A stretch of DNA of 64,000 nucleotides from sequence record SRR31156797_2365. The stretch is one strand, 5' to 3'. Numbering within the stretch: the first letter of the stretch is position 1; the number at the start of each line of letters is the position of its first letter. This document shows positions 1 through 10,224 of the stretch, piece after piece. The notes below the pieces were generated by a model. It was given only the letters and a program-made list of their open reading frames with translations. It did not search any database and was not told the origin of the DNA. Made by a program: the position numbers and the translations under genes.

Positions 1-128
1 GCAAATCGTCCTTTTGGACATTGGAGCGTCAAGAAAAATCAGAGAAACACATGTTGTTGTAATTTAGTGAGATACGTTTTGTGTATAAGGTAGGTGGGTT
101 AATACGCCCTGAGTCATACACATAAATC

Positions 129-1238
129 CTACAATCCGGGAATACGCTCCTCAACCTGGGTTACTTTTTCCCTCATGAATTTTGGCGCTTCCAAACGGAT
201 ACCAAGGAAAAGATGGTAATAAATCCTGGTTTCATGATTCATGACGGAAGTGTTTTCCTGGCGGTATTGTGCGCCGGTTATGTCCACATACAAGCCTGTA
301 TAAAACTTTGAGCTGTTGTAGCCGATGCCCGATATCCCTTCCCAGCGAAAAATAAAATTATCCTGGTGGGAGATATTGTCACCTTCGGGCAATCGGGTTG
401 TGAGTTTGGTGTTCATATATCCCGCTCCGGCCATGGCGCTTAGCGAAAAATAAAACCTGCGATCGATAACAAATGTATAAGCATAACCCGGCCCGGCAAT
501 GGTTTCAATCGAATTTGATTTTTGGGTGGTTCCCTGGCCTGACTTATCATCAATATAATACCTGAACATGAACGCCGGTATAAAACTTCCGGCACTCTTG
601 AGTTGCCGCTCGGTATGAGAAGTGAGGCTGCGTAGCGAAAACGCGGAATTTCCCAGATACCCGGCTTTAAGGCTAATGCCACCATAATGCAGGTCAGGAA
701 ACTGGGTGTAAGGATCGCCATCCTGCCAGTCGATAAAATCTTCGGTGTTTTGTAGATAATACCCCTGTACTTTTGAGTATGATACTTCGGCAAACCAATC
801 CCTGAAAATTAGCGAGGTTCCCAGAAAAAAAGACTTTGTTTTACCCTTGATTTCTTCGTCACCGTTACCTGGCAGGAAACCGGGAGAAAACTTGTAACTC
901 ACGGAAATGAATTTATAATTGAGCTTCAAACGCAGGTTATTCGCAATATTGGGATAAAGTTCGATCCTGGTCGAAGGGGTATTCACCTCAAATATTTCAT
1001 AATCGTTATTAAATGAAACATCGATGGCCAGTTTATTATTCATTTTTTCTATCCAGCCATTCTCAACATAAAGATGGTTTGTATCCGGATTATCAGCAAA
1101 CGCTTTGGCAGATACAAACGGTAAAAGTGCCCCTAAAATGAAAATGAAGTAAATACCATGATTTTTAAAAAAGTATTTGGCTTTTAACAGCCGGTTTTTT
1201 AGAATTAAAGATTCTACGTTCATCAACACATTAAACAT
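129..1238 (-). CDS. DUF4421-like outer membrane beta-barrel protein
   Basis: 369-aa ORF with a hydrophobic signal-like segment and alternating beta-strand pattern. The motif ERQLKSAGSF is typical of Bacteroidota DUF4421 proteins. True start uncertain. Confidence 0.65.
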   Translation of the reverse strand: MFNVLMNVESLILKNRLLKAKYFFKNHGIYFIFILGALLPFVSAKAFADNPDTNHLYVENGWIEKMNNKLAIDVSFNNDYEIFEVNTPSTRIELYPNIANNLRLKLNYKFISVSYKFSPGFLPGNGDEEIKGKTKSFFLGTSLIFRDWFAEVSYSKVQGYYLQNTEDFIDWQDGDPYTQFPDLHYGGISLKAGYLGNSAFSLRSLTSHTERQLKSAGSFIPAFMFRYYIDDKSGQGTTQKSNSIETIAGPGYAYTFVIDRRFYFSLSAMAGAGYMNTKLTTRLPEGDNISHQDNFIFRWEGISGIGYNSSKFYTGLYVDITGAQYRQENTSVMNHETRIYYHLFLGIRLEAPKFMREKVTQVEERIPGL

Positions 1239-1397
1239 CTCATGCAGCGGTTAGTGGATAATACTTGAAACTTATGAACACATTCTGAATACTAAGAATT
1301 CAGCCTCTAAAAGTTTTGAGATGCTGCGATTTAAACGTAACTTTAGCAGAATTTGTTTAACCCGAATAATTCATCAAGAAATCATGAATTATTCGGG

Positions 1398-4070
1398 CTA
1401 AATCTTCCGTCGTTTAACAGCAATGAATAGCAACCATAAAAACAACAGTGAACCAAAAACATATGGCCACCATCCCGGGCTGCCACTTTGTTTAATGTCC
1501 AGACCGGATGTGTTTCCAAGATTTACAAAGCCACCCCAAAACCACGGGCCCGACATCACATCATCGCAGGAATTCAGATAATCGATTTTTGCCTGTTGCA
1601 GGGCCACATCCTTGTCTTTTCCTTCAGCAAGGTGTTTATAAAATCCGGCCATGATTTCCACGGTTGAAGCATCGTTAACATTCCACAGGCTGATCACCAG
1701 CGAGTGCACTCCCGAATACATAAACCCGCGCGCCAGCGTCATCATGCCCTCTCCCAGTTGGAGCTTTCCATATCCCGTATTGCAGGCACTCAGAACAGCC
1801 AGTTCGGCATGCATACTCATGTTAAAAAGCTCCCAGGTGTAAAGGTTTCCGTCCTCACCCGCATGCTCATCTTTCGCAAAAACCAATCGCGAAAACATAG
1901 GCCTGTGGTTGTCGATAATTCCATGTGTAGCCACATGCAAAAGTTTGGGCTGTCCCGCCAATTGCTTAAACTGTGATTCGGTAGCATCATCATCAAAAAA
2001 TGCCCTTCCGGGAATTATATCCAAAATTCTGTCAACCTCTGTTTTTACACCGGGTAAAGCTGCCAGATCCTCTCCCCTCTCGGCAAGCATTTTAACGTTT
2101 TCAGCACTATAGGCATATTCTTCTCTTTCAAAACTCAGTGCAAAAGCCAGCATTTCACAAGGCTTTTCCCAATGCTGGTTTTTACGGGAATTGATAAACA
2201 TTGCTGCTGAATAATTGTAACTCACCGGGTAATCCTTAATCAGATATTTCAAATCCCGGTAATTACTTATCCTGGCATTGTCTGGCATGTCAGAAATAAG
2301 CATACCAAAAGGAATATAATACAACTCGCCATCGGGAACAATGATCAGTTTATCCAATTTGTAAAATTGAAGCACCGGATAAATGAGGTGCTGATAAATG
2401 CGGTTTGCAGCATGACAAAAGTCCGGGTCGGCTTCACCAGTGTGAGTAACCTTACCGGATGTAAACTCAGATTTTAACTGTTCAAGGCTTTCCCGGAAAT
2501 CAGGTTGTAGGTCCACCTGGATTATACTGTTCCGGTTGTGCGAGATGAGAAAAGTATAGAGGATAGAATCAGTAAGATGGTATTGAACGTAAACAGACCC
2601 GGTATCCAGAAATTGCTGAACATCAGCAAATTTCACCTGATGGTGGGCTGATTTCAAATGACCATATTCCGGAAAATGATTTTCAATTTCCAGCCTCAAA
2701 TCCTCGAGCCGGCGTTTATTTAAAAAAATCAGCCTGCTGACTGAATCCCGGAAAGCCTGTCCGGCATGCCGATCTATCTGTTTCCTGTACGCTGCAGTTT
2801 GTGTTTTTAGGCGCATTTCTTCCTTTATCAGGGTATCAGGGATGTTTAAATTTACCCTGGCTTCATTTTCGGAAATCAGATCAAGCAGAATGCGTGCTTT
2901 TCCCCGTTCGGCCAGTTCAAAGGCGAGGGCTTTATATGTAGAATCTCCCGTTTTATGTAGCAACTCAATCGCTGTTGTAACCGCATCAGAATATATATCG
3001 CGGTTATGCTGCATTATATACAACTTGTTATTTTCATCAAGGTATCCCAGCCTGATCTGATCGATAAATTCGATGATCAGTTCATGCAGCCCAAAACAAA
3101 CTGACAGGGCCTCTATGTTATCAGGATTCTCATGGTATAATTTCCTGAAGGTTTGTGCCTTTTTCTTCAGGATTATCAGGGTGTTATAATCCACTTCGTG
3201 AAGCACGGGAGCCGGGTTTGCATAGATGGAAGTGTTAGAAAAACCAGGGATGATGCTGAGCATGGCCTGCTGCAAGGCCTGTAACGACGCATAGAAATCG
3301 CCCTGTGAAGATTTAAGATTGCTGATGCTCACCAGGGTTTTTGACATTCCATATTTATCGCCAATCTCTTCGCGCATCTTCAACGACTCCTTAAAATATT
3401 TCATCGCCCTGACATCATCATTTATGGCAGCAATTTCACCAAGATTGTTCAGCGAACTGGCGATCAATTCTTTGTCGCCAAGATTGCGTTTTATATCAAG
3501 TGATTTTTCGAGGTAGTAAATTGCCGAATCAAAATTCTCCCTGATTTTATGGGTAACGCCCAGGTTGTTGTAGGTTTGTGCCATTCCGGGCAGATCATTA
3601 TTTTTCAACCTGATCTCCAGGGCCTGACGGTAATATCCAAAACCCTCCTCATACTGACCCAACCGAACATATACAGTCCCAATGTTGTTGGCGGTGTTGG
3701 AAATCATCGTCTCATCACCAATTTCTTTGCGGATAGCCAGTGATTGCAGATAATATTCCAGGCCTTTACCTAAATTTCCTTCACTAACATAACTTACGCC
3801 TATAAGATTTAATGAAATGGCTTCATTGGTTTTGTTGGCCGATTTAAGCGTAATTTGATAGAACTCCTCTGCATAGGCCCTTGCTTTCTGGCTGGATTTA
3901 CGGACATTGTCAATGGCCAGCCTGCGGCAGATATCTGCTTTTATTGAGTCAGGCAAAACCTGATATTTATCCGATTGATGTAATCGGGCAAGGCTATCAA
4001 TATCAGGGCCCTGTGCAAAAACAACTGTATAAAACATCAGCAGAAAAACAATAAAATGCGCCTTTTTCAT
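1398..4070 (-). CDS. Exported TPR + CHAT (caspase HetF-associated) protease with C-terminal membrane anchor
   Basis: Signal peptide MKKAHFIVFLLMFYTVVFA, TPR repeats (NNIG/NNLG...Y..AL), CHAT catalytic motifs HVATHG and VLSACNTG, SLWNVND, PWFWGGF, and a C-terminal TM helix followed by KRRK. Start moved to ATG 4070 because a TATATTTG promoter box lies at 4095-4102. Confidence 0.9.
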   Translation of the reverse strand: MKKAHFIVFLLMFYTVVFAQGPDIDSLARLHQSDKYQVLPDSIKADICRRLAIDNVRKSSQKARAYAEEFYQITLKSANKTNEAISLNLIGVSYVSEGNLGKGLEYYLQSLAIRKEIGDETMISNTANNIGTVYVRLGQYEEGFGYYRQALEIRLKNNDLPGMAQTYNNLGVTHKIRENFDSAIYYLEKSLDIKRNLGDKELIASSLNNLGEIAAINDDVRAMKYFKESLKMREEIGDKYGMSKTLVSISNLKSSQGDFYASLQALQQAMLSIIPGFSNTSIYANPAPVLHEVDYNTLIILKKKAQTFRKLYHENPDNIEALSVCFGLHELIIEFIDQIRLGYLDENNKLYIMQHNRDIYSDAVTTAIELLHKTGDSTYKALAFELAERGKARILLDLISENEARVNLNIPDTLIKEEMRLKTQTAAYRKQIDRHAGQAFRDSVSRLIFLNKRRLEDLRLEIENHFPEYGHLKSAHHQVKFADVQQFLDTGSVYVQYHLTDSILYTFLISHNRNSIIQVDLQPDFRESLEQLKSEFTSGKVTHTGEADPDFCHAANRIYQHLIYPVLQFYKLDKLIIVPDGELYYIPFGMLISDMPDNARISNYRDLKYLIKDYPVSYNYSAAMFINSRKNQHWEKPCEMLAFALSFEREEYAYSAENVKMLAERGEDLAALPGVKTEVDRILDIIPGRAFFDDDATESQFKQLAGQPKLLHVATHGIIDNHRPMFSRLVFAKDEHAGEDGNLYTWELFNMSMHAELAVLSACNTGYGKLQLGEGMMTLARGFMYSGVHSLVISLWNVNDASTVEIMAGFYKHLAEGKDKDVALQQAKIDYLNSCDDVMSGPWFWGGFVNLGNTSGLDIKQSGSPGWWPYVFGSLLFLWLLFIAVKRRKI

Positions 4071-4094
4071 AGCATTTACCCGATTTACCAAAGG

Positions 4095-4102
4095 CAAATA
4101 TA
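4095..4102 (-). promoter_or_regulatory. Bacteroidota sigma70 -7 element (TATATTTG) for the CHAT gene
   Basis: Exact TAnnTTTG match about 25 nt upstream of ATG 4070. Confidence 0.55.
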
Positions 4103-4150
4103 GACAAATGCTTATGGAATTTAAGCACCTCGAGTATTATTATTATAAGC

Positions 4151-4181
4151 AAAAAAGCACGCTCCTTTTTGGGAAGCGTGC
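4151..4181 (-). terminator. Intrinsic terminator after the 4207-8169 gene
   Basis: Minus strand reads GCACGCTTCCC-AAAAA-GGAGCGTGC followed by T6. Confidence 0.75.
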
Positions 4182-4206
4182 AGAATGTTTAGAGAAAAGT
4201 CAGATT

Positions 4207-7200
4207 TTATTCACCAATTAAAAATCGTATGGTTTGGGTTTGAAAATTTCCTTTTGCCGTTGCAAAATAAATTCCTTTAGGAACATCCAATTCGAGCTGT
4301 AAATCAGAATCGCCATGGATGTTCTGCTGATTTACCACCTGTCCATGCATATTGGTAATGACCAACTCTACATGGCCTTCAACATTTGGCAAAGAAATAT
4401 AGATCATGCCCTGTGATGGGTTGGGATAAACTTTCATGTCAGTTGTTTCCCACACATCCTCCATTCCGGTGAGCATTGGGTTTAAAATGTTTACACCACT
4501 CAGGCCATTGGTTGTGTAGTATTCATGGTTCGGCATTTCAGCGATAAATCCGACCTCTACCGGGAATACGTCATCATCACCTGGGCGATACAATTTAAAT
4601 GTCATTTGTTCGCCCTCCTGCATACCGTCTATTTCAGCAGTTGAAACATCATCACCAAAAACCGTGAGAGCAAAAGGTGCATTTGTATATTCAGCAACTC
4701 CAACACAAAGACCATCAGCATTAAAAACTCCAATGATATCGCCATAAAGCAACTCCGTAACTGTGTCAACTGTAATGGCTACTGTGTGTGATATGGCAGT
4801 AATGGTTACATCGTTCCATGGCGTTTCGAGTTTTACTTCAGGGCTTTCAGGATCTCCGCCACCATTGTCACAACTAGGGAAATACAGTGAAGCATCACCA
4901 CTCAGGTTCATTTCATAGGCCTTTCCGGGGTTCAGATAATCTAAGGTCATAATGTTCATGGCCGGCCAGAAAACTTTAGTACCAGCAACCTCCTTAATGA
5001 TTACCAAATCTTCGTAACCGTATGCGAAAATTTCGCCCGGGGCTACATCACAGTTTGCCAGAACCGGGATAATATTCCAGCCTTCATCACAATACATGGT
5101 TGGTAAGGTAAGCTCAGTTCCTGAAAATTGAATTTCATGCTCTGTGGTTGATTTTATTTTATAACCGGCTTTGGTGTTCCAGTTCCCGATGGTATTGATA
5201 TTTTGACCGGGCCAATAAATGCCTTCATCACCCATCATCAAAACCAGATCATCACCCATCTGAGCAAACATCGATGCCACGGATGGCTCATCGGGCACAA
5301 CCCAGGAGGAAATTCCACTCCAGCCGGTTTGAACCTGTACCTGTTGCGAAGCAGTTGCATTTACCCAAACAAACATAGGATCGCCTTCAGGATTAGACTC
5401 ACCTTCTGAATAAACAGCAGTTACCTGAAACATATATGCACCCTGCAGGTTCTCCATCAAAAATTCTGTGTCAGCAATCACCGATCCGTTTACTTTTAAT
5501 CCCTTATCATACACATTGTACCCGAGCAGGTTTTTTGTGGATGGCGCATCCCATGTGAGCAGCACATCATTTATATCCAATTCATAATCCAGGTTTTGAG
5601 GCCTTTCCAGGATATCATTTGTTACCTCAAGTTTTGCAGGAATTGTAAATTCCGGAGTTGCAAAAGCATTGGTGATAAAATTCAGGTCGGCAAAATAATC
5701 CCCAAATGGCAAATCCAACGAACGGAATTCTACGGTTTGAATAAGTGTTTCACCGGGCTCAATTGTTCCATATGGAAATTCGCTATCAATCCACTTAACA
5801 CCAGGATTAAAGAACCGGACTGCAAGTCCCTCATGTATATATGATTCATTAAAAGCCACTTGAAGGCCATCACTGCCATCAGCATTTTCGATACCAATGC
5901 TACAGGAGTTTGTGATGAAAAGTCCGGGTGTGTGATCAAGGTATTGGATTACGATGTCACCATTTTTATAAAGAATTACTTCTGCATTTATCACATAGCG
6001 CAGATTAAGTGTTCCGTTCTGTGCATAATCTTTAAACTGGATTACGATGTAATCTTCAAATTCCTGATAAAAGACCTGTCCGCCGGTTTTCTTCTGGAGG
6101 TCATCCCAGCACCAGGCTATGAAATTGTTATTTCCATCTGCAATTGGAATCGGGGAATTGGTTGGGTTAGAAAATGAGCCATCAAAAGTGATCAGTCCAT
6201 TGGATGAAATATAGAATTCGTTGTAATAATTTTCATAGAATGGAAATGAAAACCCCATCGGGAATGGGCCAACATAATTGTCGTTTTGAATTCCGGTAAT
6301 TTCAACACCTGTTTCAGAAATGTCAATATAATCGAATCCGGGGCCACCGGGGTTATCGCTGTCTTCCCACAGATATCCAAAATCATCAGACCCTCCATCC
6401 ATGGGGATCTCCGCATTCGGATCATGATCTATCGAAAATGCATAATCAACAGGAACAGTCCCATCATTTTCCACCCTGAGTACATAGGTAGTTGAGGTCT
6501 CCGGAGCAAGCTTAACATCAAATTCATCAAAGTTGAAAGATAAACTCCCTTCACCCCATTGCAGAAAATCCGTTTCAGGTGCCGATTCCATGCTGTTGAA
6601 CTGCGCAGTAACCCGGTAAGAGTAATTTCCATAATCTGCAAGATCTTCCTGGAATTCAAGTTCATTGGTCGTGCCAATCAATTCGTTATCGCGATAAATG
6701 TTGTATTGCTGAACACCGGCAGGATTTTCCATAACCCATGTCAGAAGTGCAGTACCGTTGTCCCAATCAATGATTTGCGCATGAAAATCATCCGGCTTTG
6801 CAACCGGTTTTTCATCAAATGCACTGGATACTGCCAAACAAAACTGGCTTCTGAAATCTGTCCACACAGGCACTACAGTTCCATTTGCCGAACTTACGTC
6901 AATCGTTTCGCCTATATTTCCATCAGGTGAAATCAATGTACTTGTATTCATCGCCACATCACTAATCTGAAAATCTGTGTAAGTATTTCCACCGTCGTAA
7001 CTGATCGAACCCCAAACTTCGAGCATGTTGCTGCCCAGATTGCGGTTGTCATAATAAATTACGGTTACTGTTCCGGTTTCAGGATCGCAGGTGATGGCAG
7101 GCATAAAGTGTTCCTTGGAGAGGCCAACAGCATCCTGGTTCACTTTTACAGGTGCTGACCAGCTTGATCCTTTAGAATCGGAGGTGATCATATAAATATC

Positions 7201-8169
7201 CACATCCTGACCAGTATTTACTCCCGGCACACCCACATTGGCCCAAACAATGTATAAGTTGCCGTCATAAGGCCCACCACTGATATCCACAGCCATATCA
7301 GGTGCCGAAATGAGATCGAGTCCAACCAGATTGGAATAGCCACTCAGACCCTTGATATCAGACAGGATATTCCAGCTAATACCAAAGGTTTCTCCGCCAT
7401 CGAAGGAGCGGTTAAAGCCAATGGAATTTTCTCCGGAATGGGGGCCATCATCGTGATTCATCCAGCAAACATAAACCTCACCAGAAGGACCAGTTCCAAT
7501 AACCGGTGTTTGTTCAAAGGTTTCGTCGCCATCATCACCCACACAAATATTTGCCGGAGATGACCATTGTTCTGAACTATAATCGGATTTGGTGAACTCA
7601 ATGCAATAATCAGCAGATTCATAGGCAAGAAAACGCCAGGCGCTATAAACATTTCCGTTGTATAAACTGCGCTGGCTATTGTCGATATGCATGGAAGGTG
7701 TTGAAATGGAATACGCAACCTGATCAGGCTGGGCCTTCAGGATTTTCTGGTTCCAGGAGTTCCCCTGATCATCGCTCCATGCCATAAAAATGCCGATATT
7801 TCCATCGCAATAATTCACAAAATATCTCCCATCCTTATCCACCTGGACGGAGGGCCCGGTGAGATTAGAGTTTTTATTTTCCAGGTCCATTCCCTGCAAC
7901 CAGGTTTGGCCTGCGTTGGTGGATGAGAAAAAATCGCTCTCTGTGAGTTCGAAGAAAACTATCTGCCCTTGCTCAATATGATCGAAATGTTGGGTAGAAG
8001 TAATCACTTCATCAGGGTTCCAGGGGTTGACAAAAACACCGGGATTAAACTGATCGGTGTTCACTTCCGTAGAAATAAGCACGTCGGTCGTATTAACCGG
8101 CTGTGCGAAAATTTGTGTTTTTAAAAGTAAAACCAAAACAAATGTGGTTGTAAAAATGACCTTTTTCAT
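4207..8169 (-). CDS. Large T9SS-secreted protein: BNR/sialidase-like propeller, Fn3-like and nidogen-like domains, type A CTD
   Basis: Signal peptide; Asp-box repeats (SSTNAGQTW, WSDDQGNSW, RSFDGGETF, SYDGGNTY); Fn3-like YNIYRD and YNVYD segments; IAWCWDDL nidogen-like motif; C-terminal VYPNPS...GIYF CTD. Confidence 0.8.
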   Translation of the reverse strand: MKKVIFTTTFVLVLLLKTQIFAQPVNTTDVLISTEVNTDQFNPGVFVNPWNPDEVITSTQHFDHIEQGQIVFFELTESDFFSSTNAGQTWLQGMDLENKNSNLTGPSVQVDKDGRYFVNYCDGNIGIFMAWSDDQGNSWNQKILKAQPDQVAYSISTPSMHIDNSQRSLYNGNVYSAWRFLAYESADYCIEFTKSDYSSEQWSSPANICVGDDGDETFEQTPVIGTGPSGEVYVCWMNHDDGPHSGENSIGFNRSFDGGETFGISWNILSDIKGLSGYSNLVGLDLISAPDMAVDISGGPYDGNLYIVWANVGVPGVNTGQDVDIYMITSDSKGSSWSAPVKVNQDAVGLSKEHFMPAITCDPETGTVTVIYYDNRNLGSNMLEVWGSISYDGGNTYTDFQISDVAMNTSTLISPDGNIGETIDVSSANGTVVPVWTDFRSQFCLAVSSAFDEKPVAKPDDFHAQIIDWDNGTALLTWVMENPAGVQQYNIYRDNELIGTTNELEFQEDLADYGNYSYRVTAQFNSMESAPETDFLQWGEGSLSFNFDEFDVKLAPETSTTYVLRVENDGTVPVDYAFSIDHDPNAEIPMDGGSDDFGYLWEDSDNPGGPGFDYIDISETGVEITGIQNDNYVGPFPMGFSFPFYENYYNEFYISSNGLITFDGSFSNPTNSPIPIADGNNNFIAWCWDDLQKKTGGQVFYQEFEDYIVIQFKDYAQNGTLNLRYVINAEVILYKNGDIVIQYLDHTPGLFITNSCSIGIENADGSDGLQVAFNESYIHEGLAVRFFNPGVKWIDSEFPYGTIEPGETLIQTVEFRSLDLPFGDYFADLNFITNAFATPEFTIPAKLEVTNDILERPQNLDYELDINDVLLTWDAPSTKNLLGYNVYDKGLKVNGSVIADTEFLMENLQGAYMFQVTAVYSEGESNPEGDPMFVWVNATASQQVQVQTGWSGISSWVVPDEPSVASMFAQMGDDLVLMMGDEGIYWPGQNINTIGNWNTKAGYKIKSTTEHEIQFSGTELTLPTMYCDEGWNIIPVLANCDVAPGEIFAYGYEDLVIIKEVAGTKVFWPAMNIMTLDYLNPGKAYEMNLSGDASLYFPSCDNGGGDPESPEVKLETPWNDVTITAISHTVAITVDTVTELLYGDIIGVFNADGLCVGVAEYTNAPFALTVFGDDVSTAEIDGMQEGEQMTFKLYRPGDDDVFPVEVGFIAEMPNHEYYTTNGLSGVNILNPMLTGMEDVWETTDMKVYPNPSQGMIYISLPNVEGHVELVITNMHGQVVNQQNIHGDSDLQLELDVPKGIYFATAKGNFQTQTIRFLIGE

Positions 8170-8586
8170 AACTAAACGTTTTTAAGTGTTGAATTTCATG
8201 ATCCAAAGGTTGGTATGGCAGGAACGAAAAAAGTAACCCGAAAGGCGGGAAAAAGTATTTTGTTATAGGTTATCCGGGAAATACAAAAGGCATTGATTTA
8301 TTTTGGATATTGCAGAGACGTCTAATTTGGGTGTCTTTAAAATCATACAACACTGAAATATCAAACCCGGGATATCAAAAATTCGGATAATACTAATTAA
8401 CCAATACCGATTATACCATTAACCAAAAAAGTCTCCGAATTTCTCATACCGTTTTTGCGTGATTCACGGAAATTTTGTGTGAAGAAGTACAATTTCCTGA
8501 CCTTTTGTTAACCGGATAACAGAAAAACCCTATCATTGAAGCACGAAATTTTAAACACCATTTTTAATACACAAAAACTAAAAATT

Positions 8587-9939
8587 ATGGCAAACGTATT
8601 TGATCAACAGGTTAATGATTTCATGGCAAAGGTAATTGCCAAAAACCCAAGCGAAGTTGAATTCCATCAGGCAGTTCACGAAGTTGTGGAATCACTCATT
8701 CCTTACATCGAAGAAAACCCACAGTACAAAGAAGCCAAGATTCTTGAAAGAGTTGTTGAACCTGAAAGAGTTATTCTTTTCCGTGTTCCATGGCTGGACG
8801 ACAAAGGTGAAGTACATATCCAAAAAGGTTTCCGTATTGAAATGAACAGCGCCATTGGACCTTACAAAGGCGGCCTGCGTTTCCACCCGACCGTAAACCT
8901 TGGTATCCTTAAGTTTTTGGCCTTCGAACAGGTATTCAAAAACTCACTTACAACACTGCCTATGGGTGGCGGTAAAGGTGGATCTGATTTCGATCCTAAA
9001 GGCAAGTCTGACAATGAAGTGATGAAATTCTGCCAAAGCTTTATGACAGAACTTTCGAAACACATCGGACCAAATACTGACGTTCCTGCCGGTGACATCG
9101 GTGTTGGTGGCCGCGAAATCGGTTTCCTCTTTGGCCAGTACAAGCGTCTCCGCAACGAATTTACAGGTGTTCTTACAGGTAAGGGTATCGAATGGGGTGG
9201 ATCACTCATCCGTCCGGAAGCTACCGGTTACGGTGCGACTTATTTTGCTGAAGAAATGCTGAAGACCCGCGGTGAAAGCCTCAAAGGAAAAGTTGTTGCC
9301 ATTTCAGGTTCAGGTAACGTTGCCCAGTTTGCTACTGAAAAGGTAACCGAAATGGGTGGTAAAGTTGTTACTCTCTCCGATTCAAGCGGATTCATTTATG
9401 ATCCGGCCGGAATCGACAAGGAAAAACTGGAATATGTAATGTGGCTGAAGAATGTGAAGCGTGGCCGTATTAAGGAATATGCTGCCAAATTCGATTGCGA
9501 ATATCACGAAGGTATGCGCCCATGGGGTGTTAAGTGTGATGTTGCTATGCCTAATGCTACACAAAACGAGGTAAACGAAGACGAAGCCAAAACACTCGTT
9601 GCCAACGGTTGTTATGTTGTTTCTGAAGGTGCAAACATGCCTTCTACACCTGAAGCTGTTGAGGTATATCAGAACGCCGGTATCCTTTATGGCCCTGGTA
9701 AAGCTGCCAACGCCGGTGGTGTTGCTGTTTCAGGCCTCGAAATGTCACAAAACTCACTCCGCCTTTCATGGACACGTGAAGAAGTGGATGCACGTCTGCT
9801 TCAGATTATGAAAGACATCCACGCTACCTGTGTGAAGTATGGCAAGAAAGAAGACGGAACCATCGACTATGTAGCAGGTGCTAACATTGGTGGCTTTGTT
9901 AAAGTTGCTGATGCAATGCTTGCTCAGGGGTTAGTCTAA
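8587..9939 (+). CDS. gdhA: Glutamate dehydrogenase (NADP-type GdhA family)
   Basis: Motifs GPYKGGLRFHP, GGGKGGSDF, DVPAGDIG, RPEATGYG, GSGNVA, KAANAGGV. ATG 8587 preferred over TTG 8536. Confidence 0.97.
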   Translation: MANVFDQQVNDFMAKVIAKNPSEVEFHQAVHEVVESLIPYIEENPQYKEAKILERVVEPERVILFRVPWLDDKGEVHIQKGFRIEMNSAIGPYKGGLRFHPTVNLGILKFLAFEQVFKNSLTTLPMGGGKGGSDFDPKGKSDNEVMKFCQSFMTELSKHIGPNTDVPAGDIGVGGREIGFLFGQYKRLRNEFTGVLTGKGIEWGGSLIRPEATGYGATYFAEEMLKTRGESLKGKVVAISGSGNVAQFATEKVTEMGGKVVTLSDSSGFIYDPAGIDKEKLEYVMWLKNVKRGRIKEYAAKFDCEYHEGMRPWGVKCDVAMPNATQNEVNEDEAKTLVANGCYVVSEGANMPSTPEAVEVYQNAGILYGPGKAANAGGVAVSGLEMSQNSLRLSWTREEVDARLLQIMKDIHATCVKYGKKEDGTIDYVAGANIGGFVKVADAMLAQGLV

Positions 9940-10030
9940 GGATATAAGATGTCAGATGTATGATTTTAGATCTGTGATATAAAAAGATCGGACTACTGAT
10001 ATCAAAAACATATTTTTCGAGAAACCATTG

Positions 10031-10058
10031 GCCATCCCATTTTGGGGTGGCTTTTTTT
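10031..10058 (+). terminator. Intrinsic terminator of gdhA
   Basis: GCCATCCCA-TTTT-GGGGTGGC followed by T7. Confidence 0.8.
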
Positions 10059-10171
10059 GTAGATCGATCAGGAAATTCAGATCGCATATCTACATTCGCC
10101 GATCTTTAACCCGTGTCCGTCCCTCATATGGATTGACCACATAAGTCAAACATCGCGAAAACAATCTGAAT

Positions 10172-10205
10172 AAAAAAACCCGCTAGAAATATCTGCGGGT
10201 TTTTT
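10172..10205. terminator. Bidirectional terminator
   Basis: AAAAAAACCCGC...GCGGGTTTTTT hairpin between convergent genes. Confidence 0.75.
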
Positions 10206-10224
10206 CATTTACATCTTGAATTAA

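Noticed and set aside
1398-4097. Craspase, gasdermin or sigma-factor-linked CHAT defence system
   Set aside because: No cas7-11, gasdermin, ECF sigma or anti-sigma gene nearby, and the protein appears exported.
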